A stretch of DNA of 64,000 bases from Nitrosopumilaceae archaeon (GTDB lineage Archaea > Thermoproteota > Nitrososphaeria > Nitrososphaerales > Nitrosopumilaceae), in contig CBDATR010000009.1 of assembly GCA_965200155.1 (NCBI GenBank), positions 1 through 64,000 on the forward strand, in the 5' to 3' direction. The position numbers and the translations under genes are program-made. Shown one piece after another: positions 11,199 through 21,557 of the stretch (its first letter is position 1; every line of letters starts with the position of its first letter). Below the pieces are notes generated by a model that was not told where the DNA came from, ran no database searches, and was given only the letters and a program-made list of their open reading frames with translations.

Positions 11199-11861
11199 AT
11201 GAAGGACAACATCACCGACTATTCCCTGGAACTATACCAGAAACGATATAATGATGACTCCATAACCAAGGAGGACATCTTCTACTATACCTATGGCATC
11301 CTACATCATAATGGTTATCGTTCCAAGTATCAAGCATTCCTTGTTAGAGGATTGCCGAATATTCCCATGGCGCCTGACTTCCATGGAATCATGAGAGCAG
11401 GCCGAGAACTAGCTGACTTGCACCTGAACTATGAGACGTGCCCCCGTTATGACTTGGGTGAGCCACTTCACTCCATACCTGATCACCCACGAAGTATTAG
11501 ATTTGGTAGGAAACCAAATAGAACCGGTTCCCCGGGCCCCAAGAATGTACCGGATCCGTCAACCATCATAATAGATGGTCAAAAGATATACGATAACATA
11601 CCATTAATCAATTACAAAGTGAATGGCCGCACACCTGTAGGATGGTTAACCTTCATACCAAAGAAGGCAAAGAGTGGGATAGATAGGTACCCATTCAGGG
11701 TTTTTACAGGAGAACAGATCCGAGCCATGCTGGAACGACTAGTACATGTCGGTCTAGAATCCGATAGGATCATAGCCAACCTCCCAACTGAATTCGAGAT
11801 GGATGATATCAAGACAGAACCAACCGGTCTGGACAAGTACTACAAGGCGCCTATTCCCTAG
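11199..11861 (+). CDS. Type ISP C-terminal specificity-domain protein (separate ORF)
   Basis: DNITD..ITKEDIFYYTYGILH...G.ELA.LHL.YE...Y.VNGR; preceded by SD GGAGGTGA at 11187-11194. Confidence 0.9.
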   Translation: MKDNITDYSLELYQKRYNDDSITKEDIFYYTYGILHHNGYRSKYQAFLVRGLPNIPMAPDFHGIMRAGRELADLHLNYETCPRYDLGEPLHSIPDHPRSIRFGRKPNRTGSPGPKNVPDPSTIIIDGQKIYDNIPLINYKVNGRTPVGWLTFIPKKAKSGIDRYPFRVFTGEQIRAMLERLVHVGLESDRIIANLPTEFEMDDIKTEPTGLDKYYKAPIP

Positions 11862-12049
11862 AATATTTGTCTAGCATATGGTTGCCCTCATACATCGGTG
11901 CAATCTTCGGTCTCATCTAATTATTCAGTAGAGTGAGCGGCTGTCCTTTATGATTTTTACATAATATTTTAGAGCACCAGTGTGAACCGGAATATCAGTA
12001 TTAAGACGGTTCTATGCGGCATATTTCTTCTCCTGAACCCCTTCACGTG

Positions 12050-12780
12050 CCACTAGGACGGCTGATCAGTCCCATGGTGGCCATACCACATGATCAAGAA
12101 CACCCGGCTGTTGATCAAGCCCCATGGTGATCGTATCAATAACACCCGGCACGTATGAATGATTCACATGCATCAGCAGCCCTGGCTTGGTAACCATGCC
12201 AAGAACACTCGGCATATGGTTGATCAGCCTCATGGTAACCATACCAAGAACACCCGGTTGATCAGCCCGGTAACCATATCAAGAACACCCGGTTGTTGAT
12301 CAAGTCCCATGGTGGCAGCATCACATGATCAAGAACCCCCGGCATATGGTTGATCAAGTCCCATGGTAATCACATGATCAAGAACACCCGGCTGTTGATC
12401 AAGTCCCATGGTGGCCATATCAAGAACACCCGGCACGCTCAACAGTGACTGTCATATCCTTGATCAGCCCAGTGACCATATCAAGAACACCCGGCTGTTG
12501 ATCAAGTCCCATGGTAACCACATGATCAAGAACCCCCGGCACGGACACGAACTCATACGTGTAAAATCCACCGTAACAGGTGGCCATACCACATGATCAA
12601 GAACCCCCGGCACGGACACGAGGACGAACCCCCGGTGGCTGATCAGTCCAGTGACCATAACAAGAACCCCCGATTGATCAAGTCCCACTAGAAAGGCGGT
12701 TAATCAAGCCCCATGGCGGTCATGCGCAAGTCACTCCAGGAGTAGACAGGCATGGAACTTGCCAGTCCTTCAGGTGAATA
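12050..12780. repeat. TGATCAAG-rich degenerate array 2 with conserved tail
   Basis: Same unit, inserts and tail as 6060-6680, in the same orientation. Confidence 0.9.
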
Positions 12781-12839
12781 TCACTATCAGAACAATTGGA
12801 ATTCAGTGAATAAAAAACCTCAATTCTAAATTACCCCAC

Positions 12840-14400
12840 GTGACTGAGCAGTTCAACCATATATCACCAAGCGAGTTCTTTTACCGGAATCGTGACTTGG
12901 CAGGTTTCAGTAACCCTACCCGCTCATTATACACGGCGGTAAGAGAATTTGTGGAAAACTCGCTGGATGCATGTGATCACTGCAATACTGCCTGATATCA
13001 CTCTTGAGATAAAGCCTGTTAATGAGCAACAGGATACGCGACCATACTACCTGACGATACATGATAACGGGCCGGGCATCACGATCATGTACCATTAGCG
13101 TTTGGAACAGTCCTGTATGGCTCAAAGTTTGGACTAAAACAGGCTCGCGGCATGTTCGGCCTCGGAGCTACAATGGCCATTTTGTACGGCCAGATTACCA
13201 CCAATAACCCAGTCCATGTCTCCAGTAGTGTAGACGGGAAACACGTAGGAATTCAACATATTACTAAACATGCAAAAGAACAATACTGGACCATACTAGA
13301 ATGGAGACGGATCACCGGGGATTATCTGTCCGTATCAGCCTTGATGGCGACTACTCCAAGGCCGGATCAAAATTACGTGACTACATATATCAGACCTCCC
13401 TCATTACACCTTACGTTACCATAACCTTTGATCCCAAGGGGAATCAGTATCGTTATGAGAGAATAATTAATTCAATGCCGCCCTCACCTACCATTACTCC
13501 CCCACGGCGTGGATGTGGAGACAATTCGCCGCATGGCATCAGAGTCCATTACCATCATTCCATGACTATACAAAAGCCTGGGAAAAACAGAACACAAGTG
13601 AGAGAACCATTCCTACATAATACCAAGCATGACACAACAAGGTGTATACATTATACTGATCCAAGGCCACAATCAGTCAAAATCAATGAGCCGCATCATT
13701 CCCATCTCATATCAGTTGGTGAGCCACTACTCTCATTCCTTACAAAACGATTCCAGCGAGTAACAAGACGGCCCGCTCATTCCTGTATTTCGCCGGACTG
13801 AGTCATGATTTACGTATCGGCACGCTAACGAATCAAGTGAAACTCAGTGATTCACTCCATGTGTATGATCAATTCATGGCGCCTGACCCGTCATGTCTGG
13901 CCCCGTTGGGCGCAGAGCCACTATGAAGTTCTTTAACCCGGACTTTCAGTAGTCCAAAGGAATGCCTCGGCATACTCTGGATTCCCATTCATATTATAGA
14001 CATTCCGTATGGCGGTGAAATAGAGAGAGGAATCAAGGCACATCGTTTTGCCAATAGAATCCAATTACTATATGATGAAGGTAGTGACGTTGTCCTCAAA
14101 GTGGTACACGAGATTGACTGGAACCGCTACAAAGTCAAGAACGAGTCACCACTAGTGATAGTTTCACATATCTGTTCCACCAGAATCCCCTACAAGACGA
14201 TAGTAAAGGAGAACGTCGTGGACAGAATGGAGATTGAGAGAGATCAGGCAATTCCTGTTACGGCGACTATCCTCATACATGACAAAGCGGGGCAAGGCAG
14301 CCGTAGCCAAGAAGCGTACCTCATTATACAAAAAGTATATGCCAATAGTGGCCCAGTTCTGTACCGAGCTGGCAGGCAAAAAGAGCCAACTCTAGTATGT
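12840..14400 (+). pseudogene. top6B: DNA topoisomerase VI subunit B pseudogene
   Basis: ISPSEFFYRNRDLAGFSNPTRSLYTAVREFVENSLDACD; RFANRIxLLYDEGSDV; VSHICSTRIPYKT; multiple frameshifts and deletions. Confidence 0.93.
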
Positions 14401-14409
14401 TGGAGGTCA

Positions 14410-15405
14410 AGCCATAAAAAAAGCAGGCAGACATTTTAGAACTGCTACAGAACTATGACGCCCGCATATACCATGACATGAGCCAGGACCGGTTCCCCTC
14501 ATTCGAGATTCCCAGCCGTTCTGTAAGTAATATCATAAGTTACGGCAGTACATACTGGGAAATAATGCATCCACCAGAAGCTCCAAGAATACCTCACAGT
14601 TGCGCTCCTCGCAATTGATGTGGCTCGCATTCTTTGCTAACCGTTTAACGAAAAAATCATCCACTCTACGAGATATGTATCATTCATCACAAGCGTTCGC
14701 AATCGACTTTGAGGATCAGGCAGAGAGCGATAATATCATAGTTGATTTAGAAGCGGTTCTAGCTAGACCACGTGAGAGTATGCACATATTCCTGGAGGAG
14801 CGGAGTTCAATTTTCGGTAATCTTGATATCGAGTATACCGTTCCCTGTTACGAGGGCAAGAGAATGAATCTCTCCAATCACCCTGACGGGTATGCCATAG
14901 GCCCTAGCCTGACCAGCTGGTCAGTACTGACGCTAATATCACCATTATCATAGAGAAGGGTGGTTTATTCACAAGATTCGTAAAAGAACAAGTAGATAAA
15001 AAATTCAAGGCCATCATAGTGGATACCGGCGGCCAGGCTCCCCGCTCTACTAGAACCTAAGACGATTACATGAGGAATTATCATTACCGGTTATCATACT
15101 GACCAATGGTGACGTGTATGGTGAGCATATTGCCATGGTGATCAAGTTCAGCGAATGTAGCTCACTTGCGAGAGTTAACCGTTCCTGATGCCAAATGGGT
15201 CGGAGTCTGGGCTACTGACATAGAGCGATATGACTTGCCGACCATTCCCATGACACAGTCAGATATCAAGCGGTGCCATGACTTACTCAAGGACCCGCGG
15301 TACCGTTCCGGCATATGGAAGGAGCTAGAGGTATTCTCAAAGTATGGGCTGATATTACATACAAATACTTGCCACACAAGATTGAACTGGCAAGGAGTCT
15401 ATAAT
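14410..15405 (+). pseudogene. top6A: DNA topoisomerase VI subunit A pseudogene
   Basis: STLRDMYHSSQAFAIDFEDQAESDNIIVDLE; GGQAPRSTR; WVGVWATDIERY; several frameshifts. Confidence 0.92.
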
Positions 15406-15804
15406 GATATTGACCGAGGATAAAATCAAGTTCTTTGGTGAGTTCCATACTAGATAACGACTAGAGTGATGCGCCATTTTTGGGAAGGGTCGGTCTATGT
15501 AACATGTCGCTCATTGAATATCACTCCATATTCCTTCCAATGGGCAGTTCCAGGGAATGCTGTAATGGAACATATACCGTTCTGTCATATGCGTAACAAT
15601 TCTTACAACCACTAGAAACCCCTGGTGCAAATGCTGGTTCCCCTACCTGCCAAGGGGAATCATACGTTGGTGTGACCGGTCCATGTTATACTGGTTCCCC
15701 AGTACAAGAGGCACGGCCGTTCAGTACAAGAGCGGTCATTGATGTGTAGTGTGTATTTTTACCGTAAAATGTGATAACCCAATTACGTCTATCATAACAT
15801 CATT

Positions 15805-18186
15805 ATGGCAATGAAAAGTATAACCATTGGTGCAATACTGGCATTGCTAGTTGTACCAGTATCATATGCACAGTCCAATACGGATCTAATCCGTGACGTA
15901 GCCGGAGACACTAATGATATCCTTGAAATCGTGGACGTTCTAGCACGGGACATTAGCTCCTTACAAGGTAATATTGATCGTTCCCTTGGTGATTTCAGAC
16001 TACTACTCATTGAGCTGAACGAGAAGCTGGCAACCATTGACGTGGACGCGATAACCACACTAGAGCAGGACATTGAACAGAATACAGAATCACTGGACAG
16101 AATAGAGAATGCCATACTGGGAACAGTCTGTGGTACCGGAACGACTATCATAAATGACGTTTGTATGCCTGACATTCAAGTATGTGATGGCGAGATGTAT
16201 AATGGCACCTGTATGGCCAATCTCACCTGTGGTGAGGGGACTATTCTACACGTTGACACCTGCATAGCTGATGTCTCCATATCATACTGTGGTGATGGGA
16301 CCATTTTCAGTGGCGGAAAATGTATAGATGATGACTTCAGATATCTAGAACAAGGGGAAATCCTTGGCTCAAACTTCTATGTTGAGGATGGTAATACCAT
16401 TATGGTGGACGGTGAACAGTATGAATTGGCATTTGTAATGTCACCTGAACTGGATGAGGCCGGTGGCCGTGATGTCGTTCGTTACCTGAATGATCTTTGC
16501 GAGGGTGCTACCATATCAGTACTGCCTGACTCCCGTTCAAACAGTGGTGTCATAACCTGTGATGGTGTTGACATTTCAGAGAACCTAATAGAGGAGAACA
16601 TGGCATCATTCAATGATAAGGACTGCGCAATTCGTGACTTTGTAGATGTTACATGGGCGCTTGATTACTGTTCTGTCCCACCACAAATCAATACCCGCGT
16701 AGTACCGGGAATCATAACCCTGGATTTTATCAACCCCGTCCATGATACGCTAATCGATAACTACATACAGGAACAGTGTCGCACCGGCATACAGGAAACC
16801 CCTGCGGGGCTAATCTGTAACGGAGTGAACGTAGAAGAGTACCTGGTGAATACTGGCCTTGCAACGCCCAGTGAGCTAGCCTGTGATGTAATGGTCCCAT
16901 GGGCCATTTGTGAGGAAGAGCTGCCCGACATTTACATACAGGACGGGAACGTAATACAGGCCGGTGAAACACTACATGACCTAGCATTCATTACATCACC
17001 AGGATTGAATGAGTCAGGCGGACGGGAAGCTGCACGTTACCTTGATGATATATGCGGCAATGTTGCCAGCATTTCATTTGATATAGCAGCCGGAAAATCA
17101 CTGGTAGACTGTAATGGCGTGGATGCATCATTAAGTATGATCGTTTCAGGACATGGTGAGTTTGACGATAATGACTGCTCAATACGCGAGTTCATTGACG
17201 TTCTATGGACAGAGCAATACTGCTCCATAAACATGATAGAGCCTGTGCCGGAGACACCAGATGAAACACCAAAACGTGTTGATGGATTAGTATCACAACT
17301 AACACCATACAGGATAACAGTAGGTCACATTCTAGGATGGGAGACAAATCCCAGCGGCCAGCCTGAAACTACAATCACCATATCCTGCCTATTCCCACAC
17401 TATCCTAGCTTTATAGATGCCGCCCCCATACAGAATGGTGGAGTCTATGATATCAACCTGTTAGAGACGGATATAATGAATGACTATGGAACTGCCATTA
17501 TGGTAAATAATCCCATTATACCACAGCCCATTCTATTCGATGAACGTTTACACGTTTCCAACGATAGAGTGATTGTGTATAACCCCGGTCCTACAACCAT
17601 GGACAAGGTACTATTCGATGAGGAATATAAGATAGATGTCATTCTGGAAGGATGGGAGAATGCAGTATTTGCGGACCCGGAGAACCCGACAGCAGCCGAG
17701 AGAGAGGAAATCATATTCGTAATCAGACACGAGATACTATCCCAGTACGAGAATAATGAATGCTCTGTGAACTTACCTGTTCAAGACCAGGAAAATCAGC
17801 GCAAAATTATCGGCATTGCCGGTAGTGAGAGAACGGGTGCATTGACAGCAAATGTAATTCCATGGGATGCAACATGCTCAGAAACTGTAACTATTACCAG
17901 TGTCATTTCAAATCCTACAGCCGCATACTTTGACGGTTTCAACTATGTATCATTCACAGATATGGACAGTGATCCTGACACAACCATTCCTGTAACCATA
18001 AGTAATTCTGGTGATACCAACCCGGTAACTACAGCAGGGCTGGCATTCAGGAGTAACAATTTCACTATAGGTGAGAATAACGTACTAGCATCCGGTGAAC
18101 GAGTGAACCCGACCGGTCTGGCCATTATAGGAGTGGACTATCTGGCATCAGGTGATGACACCTGTACCTGGACACAGCGTGAGTAA
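15805..18186 (+). CDS. Secreted acidic surface protein with coiled coil, CGxGT Cys repeats and degenerate thermonuclease (SNase)-like repeats
   Basis: Signal peptide; CGTGT/CGEGT/CGDGT; two copies of DGN.I....ELAF..SP.L.E.GG..A..YL..LC plus a partial copy. Confidence 0.8.
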   Translation: MAMKSITIGAILALLVVPVSYAQSNTDLIRDVAGDTNDILEIVDVLARDISSLQGNIDRSLGDFRLLLIELNEKLATIDVDAITTLEQDIEQNTESLDRIENAILGTVCGTGTTIINDVCMPDIQVCDGEMYNGTCMANLTCGEGTILHVDTCIADVSISYCGDGTIFSGGKCIDDDFRYLEQGEILGSNFYVEDGNTIMVDGEQYELAFVMSPELDEAGGRDVVRYLNDLCEGATISVLPDSRSNSGVITCDGVDISENLIEENMASFNDKDCAIRDFVDVTWALDYCSVPPQINTRVVPGIITLDFINPVHDTLIDNYIQEQCRTGIQETPAGLICNGVNVEEYLVNTGLATPSELACDVMVPWAICEEELPDIYIQDGNVIQAGETLHDLAFITSPGLNESGGREAARYLDDICGNVASISFDIAAGKSLVDCNGVDASLSMIVSGHGEFDDNDCSIREFIDVLWTEQYCSINMIEPVPETPDETPKRVDGLVSQLTPYRITVGHILGWETNPSGQPETTITISCLFPHYPSFIDAAPIQNGGVYDINLLETDIMNDYGTAIMVNNPIIPQPILFDERLHVSNDRVIVYNPGPTTMDKVLFDEEYKIDVILEGWENAVFADPENPTAAEREEIIFVIRHEILSQYENNECSVNLPVQDQENQRKIIGIAGSERTGALTANVIPWDATCSETVTITSVISNPTAAYFDGFNYVSFTDMDSDPDTTIPVTISNSGDTNPVTTAGLAFRSNNFTIGENNVLASGERVNPTGLAIIGVDYLASGDDTCTWTQRE

Positions 18187-18469
18187 TTTTTTTAATCATT
18201 CCATGGTGTGCTGAATATAGCACACATCATTCCAGTATGGAGAATCTATTCAAGAGACCGTTCACTGATGTGAGAATGGTTTTATCGATTCGAATCTTTC
18301 CATGAGTAGTAGAATACCAGTCATTCTAGTACTGGATCCGACCAGTACTGAGGAACCGATGATTCCGTGATTATAAACGGCGAGAACGTGCCGGATGAGA
18401 CATTAGACCCTTGCGCAGAATCACTTTGTGTGAAAAAGGTCTAGTTAGGACTATTATTCTACTGGTTAG

Positions 18470-18858
18470 GATGATTCAATCCCTTCAATTTGCGCGGACG
18501 GCCTGCAACGATTCAGAGATGATCCGGGCGCCCTGATTGTATAGCTCAGCTGATACACACCATTCTATTACTCTTCAGTCCCTGCTTATGACACCCACAT
18601 TCCTAGGTATAAGCGGCCCTGGAATGGTAATCTACTTGTTGGGCGGGAATGGTCGCCCCTATGTTTACCGCACCCAATTGGAATCATTCCCGCTCACTGC
18701 TGCCGCACATTCTAGTTGGTCTGTGGGAATGCGCCAGCCTTTCTGGTTGGGTGGCTAGAACAGTACCATAGCTATGCTGCACTTTGATATAAGCCGGGTT
18801 TACCAATTCTAATCTGGAAAGATATCCCTTGGCGTCTGCTTATAACGTGAACACATAA
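18470..18858 (+). mobile_element. Non-autonomous element family E, copy E1 (no cargo, left end not seen)
   Basis: Shares gaatggtcgccc..tttaccgcacccaattggaatcattcccgctcac with 21131 and 51610; right end ggcgtctgcttataacgtgaacacata. Confidence 0.75.
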
Positions 18859-18895
18859 AGTCCGAGAAACGGACGAATATAAAAAGTAAAAAATA

Positions 18896-20128
18896 TCACT
18901 CTGTGATAGTATCTGTGACACCAATGTAGCTTTCCCCGGTGGGGACCCAATGGCCATTATCAGTCTTGTATACTATGTAATTACCAAGTGCCAAGTCTCC
19001 ATACTCATTTAAGGTGCCGGATCCGTCACTCTTCATTGTAGCTGCGACATCAAAGATTACTTCTTTTATATCGTCTACCTCGGCGCTTTGGGCCTCTATA
19101 ATTGAGAGTCCTGCCAACCATACGGCATCATACGATGCGTATACAAATGTAGATGGCTCAGTAGCACCTGTTGCATGGGTCAAATGCAGCTTTAGTCTGT
19201 AATCATTTCTTGAGACATCTGGTAGATAGCCTGTCAGTTCTACTTTATCTACAAATTCACTTACTATAGGGTCATTAATATCCGGATTTGTAACAAAGCC
19301 TTCTGCGGTATACCACTGTACTGAACTTAGTATTTCATAGTTTGATGCAGACTGCATGATTGATATGGTATTATCGAATTCTACAATGACTACAGCCACC
19401 TTGTCTTGTCCATATTCATCTGCTGCCTTTTGTACTTCACTAGCCAGGGCAGATACTTCTACAGAGAATTCTTTTTGTTCCGGACTGAGTCTAATTCCTT
19501 CCAGACTATTCAACCCACGGTCATGGAAGCTATTCCTTGTTTCTTCTACTAGTGCATCACCATATGTGTCTCCGCGCCATATTGGTACGAATATTTCATA
19601 CCCATTTGCCTCCATGATTTTAGCAATTCCCTTACCTTGGATTTTATCATCTTGGACTGTTCTGAATATGTTGTCATCGGCGATTGCCAATGCTGGACTA
19701 GTTGAACAGCAACTTATGACTAGCATGTTATTTGTATCAGCATATGGTTTTATCTGAGAGACAGCTCCGCTACTTGGCGGCCCTATCACTATGTCAATAC
19801 CTTTTGCGTTTATAGCTTGTATTTTTTCAAAGCTTATGGCTGGATTATTACCATTGTCTTCTCTAGTGAGAACAAAGTGCCATGACTCCCCGATTACCTC
19901 CAGATAGTGATTAAAGTCCTCAACTGCCAATGCAGCAGCGGCATCAATCTGACCACCAGTGGCAGACCAGTCTCCTGTTAGTGGGTATAAGGTGGCAATG
20001 CCTACCTCGCCCTCTACCATCATCATGGAATCTTCCATCATGGAATCTTCCATCATGGAATCTTCTTGAGCAAATGCGCTTGGTATTATGAAGCTCGCCA
20101 TTATGACGAGCATTATTGTTGTTTTCAT
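18896..20128 (-). CDS. ABC transporter substrate-binding protein (LivJ/type 1 periplasmic binding fold)
   Basis: Signal peptide; YPLTG, LAVEDFN, IGP.SS, DNIFR, YASYDAVW, LNEYGD; EDSMM x3. Confidence 0.9.
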   Translation of the reverse strand: MKTTIMLVIMASFIIPSAFAQEDSMMEDSMMEDSMMMVEGEVGIATLYPLTGDWSATGGQIDAAAALAVEDFNHYLEVIGESWHFVLTREDNGNNPAISFEKIQAINAKGIDIVIGPPSSGAVSQIKPYADTNNMLVISCCSTSPALAIADDNIFRTVQDDKIQGKGIAKIMEANGYEIFVPIWRGDTYGDALVEETRNSFHDRGLNSLEGIRLSPEQKEFSVEVSALASEVQKAADEYGQDKVAVVIVEFDNTISIMQSASNYEILSSVQWYTAEGFVTNPDINDPIVSEFVDKVELTGYLPDVSRNDYRLKLHLTHATGATEPSTFVYASYDAVWLAGLSIIEAQSAEVDDIKEVIFDVAATMKSDGSGTLNEYGDLALGNYIVYKTDNGHWVPTGESYIGVTDTITE

Positions 20129-21256
20129 TTTATGTTATAATATGATTATAATATAAATGTCATGTCATGGAATTATACGATAGTCATAAATAGTATGGAG
20201 TAATCAACGGCCATCTGACACTCATATTTAATCGCGTTATGATGGTTTTACTATTCTCTACATTCCAGAAGCCTGGTATGAGTTCACGTGATTAGAAACA
20301 GTCTGGTAGAATAGACCTTATGCGCATGATTGACATCAGGTCGCTCCAAATTGGGGTGGAATGATACCAAGCGTGTGTTACAACCTGATTTTGCTTGAGC
20401 GACCTATATGGATTCATTGAACTGGAATAGCAGTCCCCTTGTTTGTGCAGCCCGGATACTACAATCCGGAATTCATCACGACTACTATCTAGCATGCGGA
20501 TGACATGCTCGATTAATATGCGCGGATATATTTCCTCGTGAGTGATTCTCCGCCTTTGCTCCGGTTAACATTCCATGGTATCTTGTAACTGCTAGGCGTG
20601 GTTGATTTACCCCCACCTGCCGCCAAGGGGAATCGTGTGTTTTCAATCTTGTTTGCTCCCTGATTTCTCTCGGGACGCTGAACATGTATTCTTCAGCCTG
20701 GAACATACTGACTTGATCTATATTACAATGGTATATGTTGGATCATACCCCGCCTTGTAAACTGCATTTGAGTATCACTACCAGCAGCTCCTGTTTTGTA
20801 TTGCGGCGGCAGAAGAGCAGATGCCAAATGGTGTTCACGATCATTTGTAAGATCTAGGAATGCGACACCCCAGAGATTCTACATATTCCTTGAATCTGGC
20901 CAATATTCCGGAGAGCATCTGATCAGCGAATCCGTGCATTCTATGATATTCACTTCAAGTTTGGTGTGCAGGCTTACTTTAACCGTCAATATGAACTTAA
21001 ATCATCCAAATCTAGCCACTGCTCTCCGCTATTCCACATGTACCATGAATTGTTCCCAGGCATAATTGGCCCTGGACTGGAATAGTAGTAGCCCCTCATT
21101 GGGCTACTCTGTAACCCCCTCATTGGGCGGGAATGGTCGCCCCTTTATTTACCGCACCCAATTGGAATCATTCCCGCTCACTGCTACCGCACATTCTAGC
21201 TGGCATTAATTCCGTTATGTGTACTCTGTCGGGACAGGATATACGCCAGCCTTTCT

Positions 21257-21496
21257 GGTTGGACGGCTAGAACAATTTCGTGGCTATGCCACCCCATGGT
21301 TGGACGGCTAGAACAATTTCGTGGCTATGCCACCCCATGGTTGGACGGCTAGAACAATTTCGTGGCTATGCCATCCCGTGGTTGGGCGGCTAGAACAATT
21401 TCATGGCTATGCCATCCCGTGGTTGGGCGGCTAGAACAATTTCATGGCTATGCCATCCCGTGGTTGGGCGGCTAGAACAGACCCGTGGCTATGCCG
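21257..21496. repeat. Tandem 41-bp repeat, ~6 copies
   Basis: Unit ggttggacggctagaacaatttcgtggctatgccaccccat, no spacers. Confidence 0.95.
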
Positions 21497-21557
21497 CACT
21501 CTCATACAAGCCAGGTTGGCATCTGAACGCGTGAGCCAACTTAAACTGAGAAAAAAA

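Noticed and set aside
21257-21496. 41-bp arrays (also 51846-52168) as CRISPR
   Set aside because: Head-to-tail units with no unique spacers; a single ancestral unit exists in E1.
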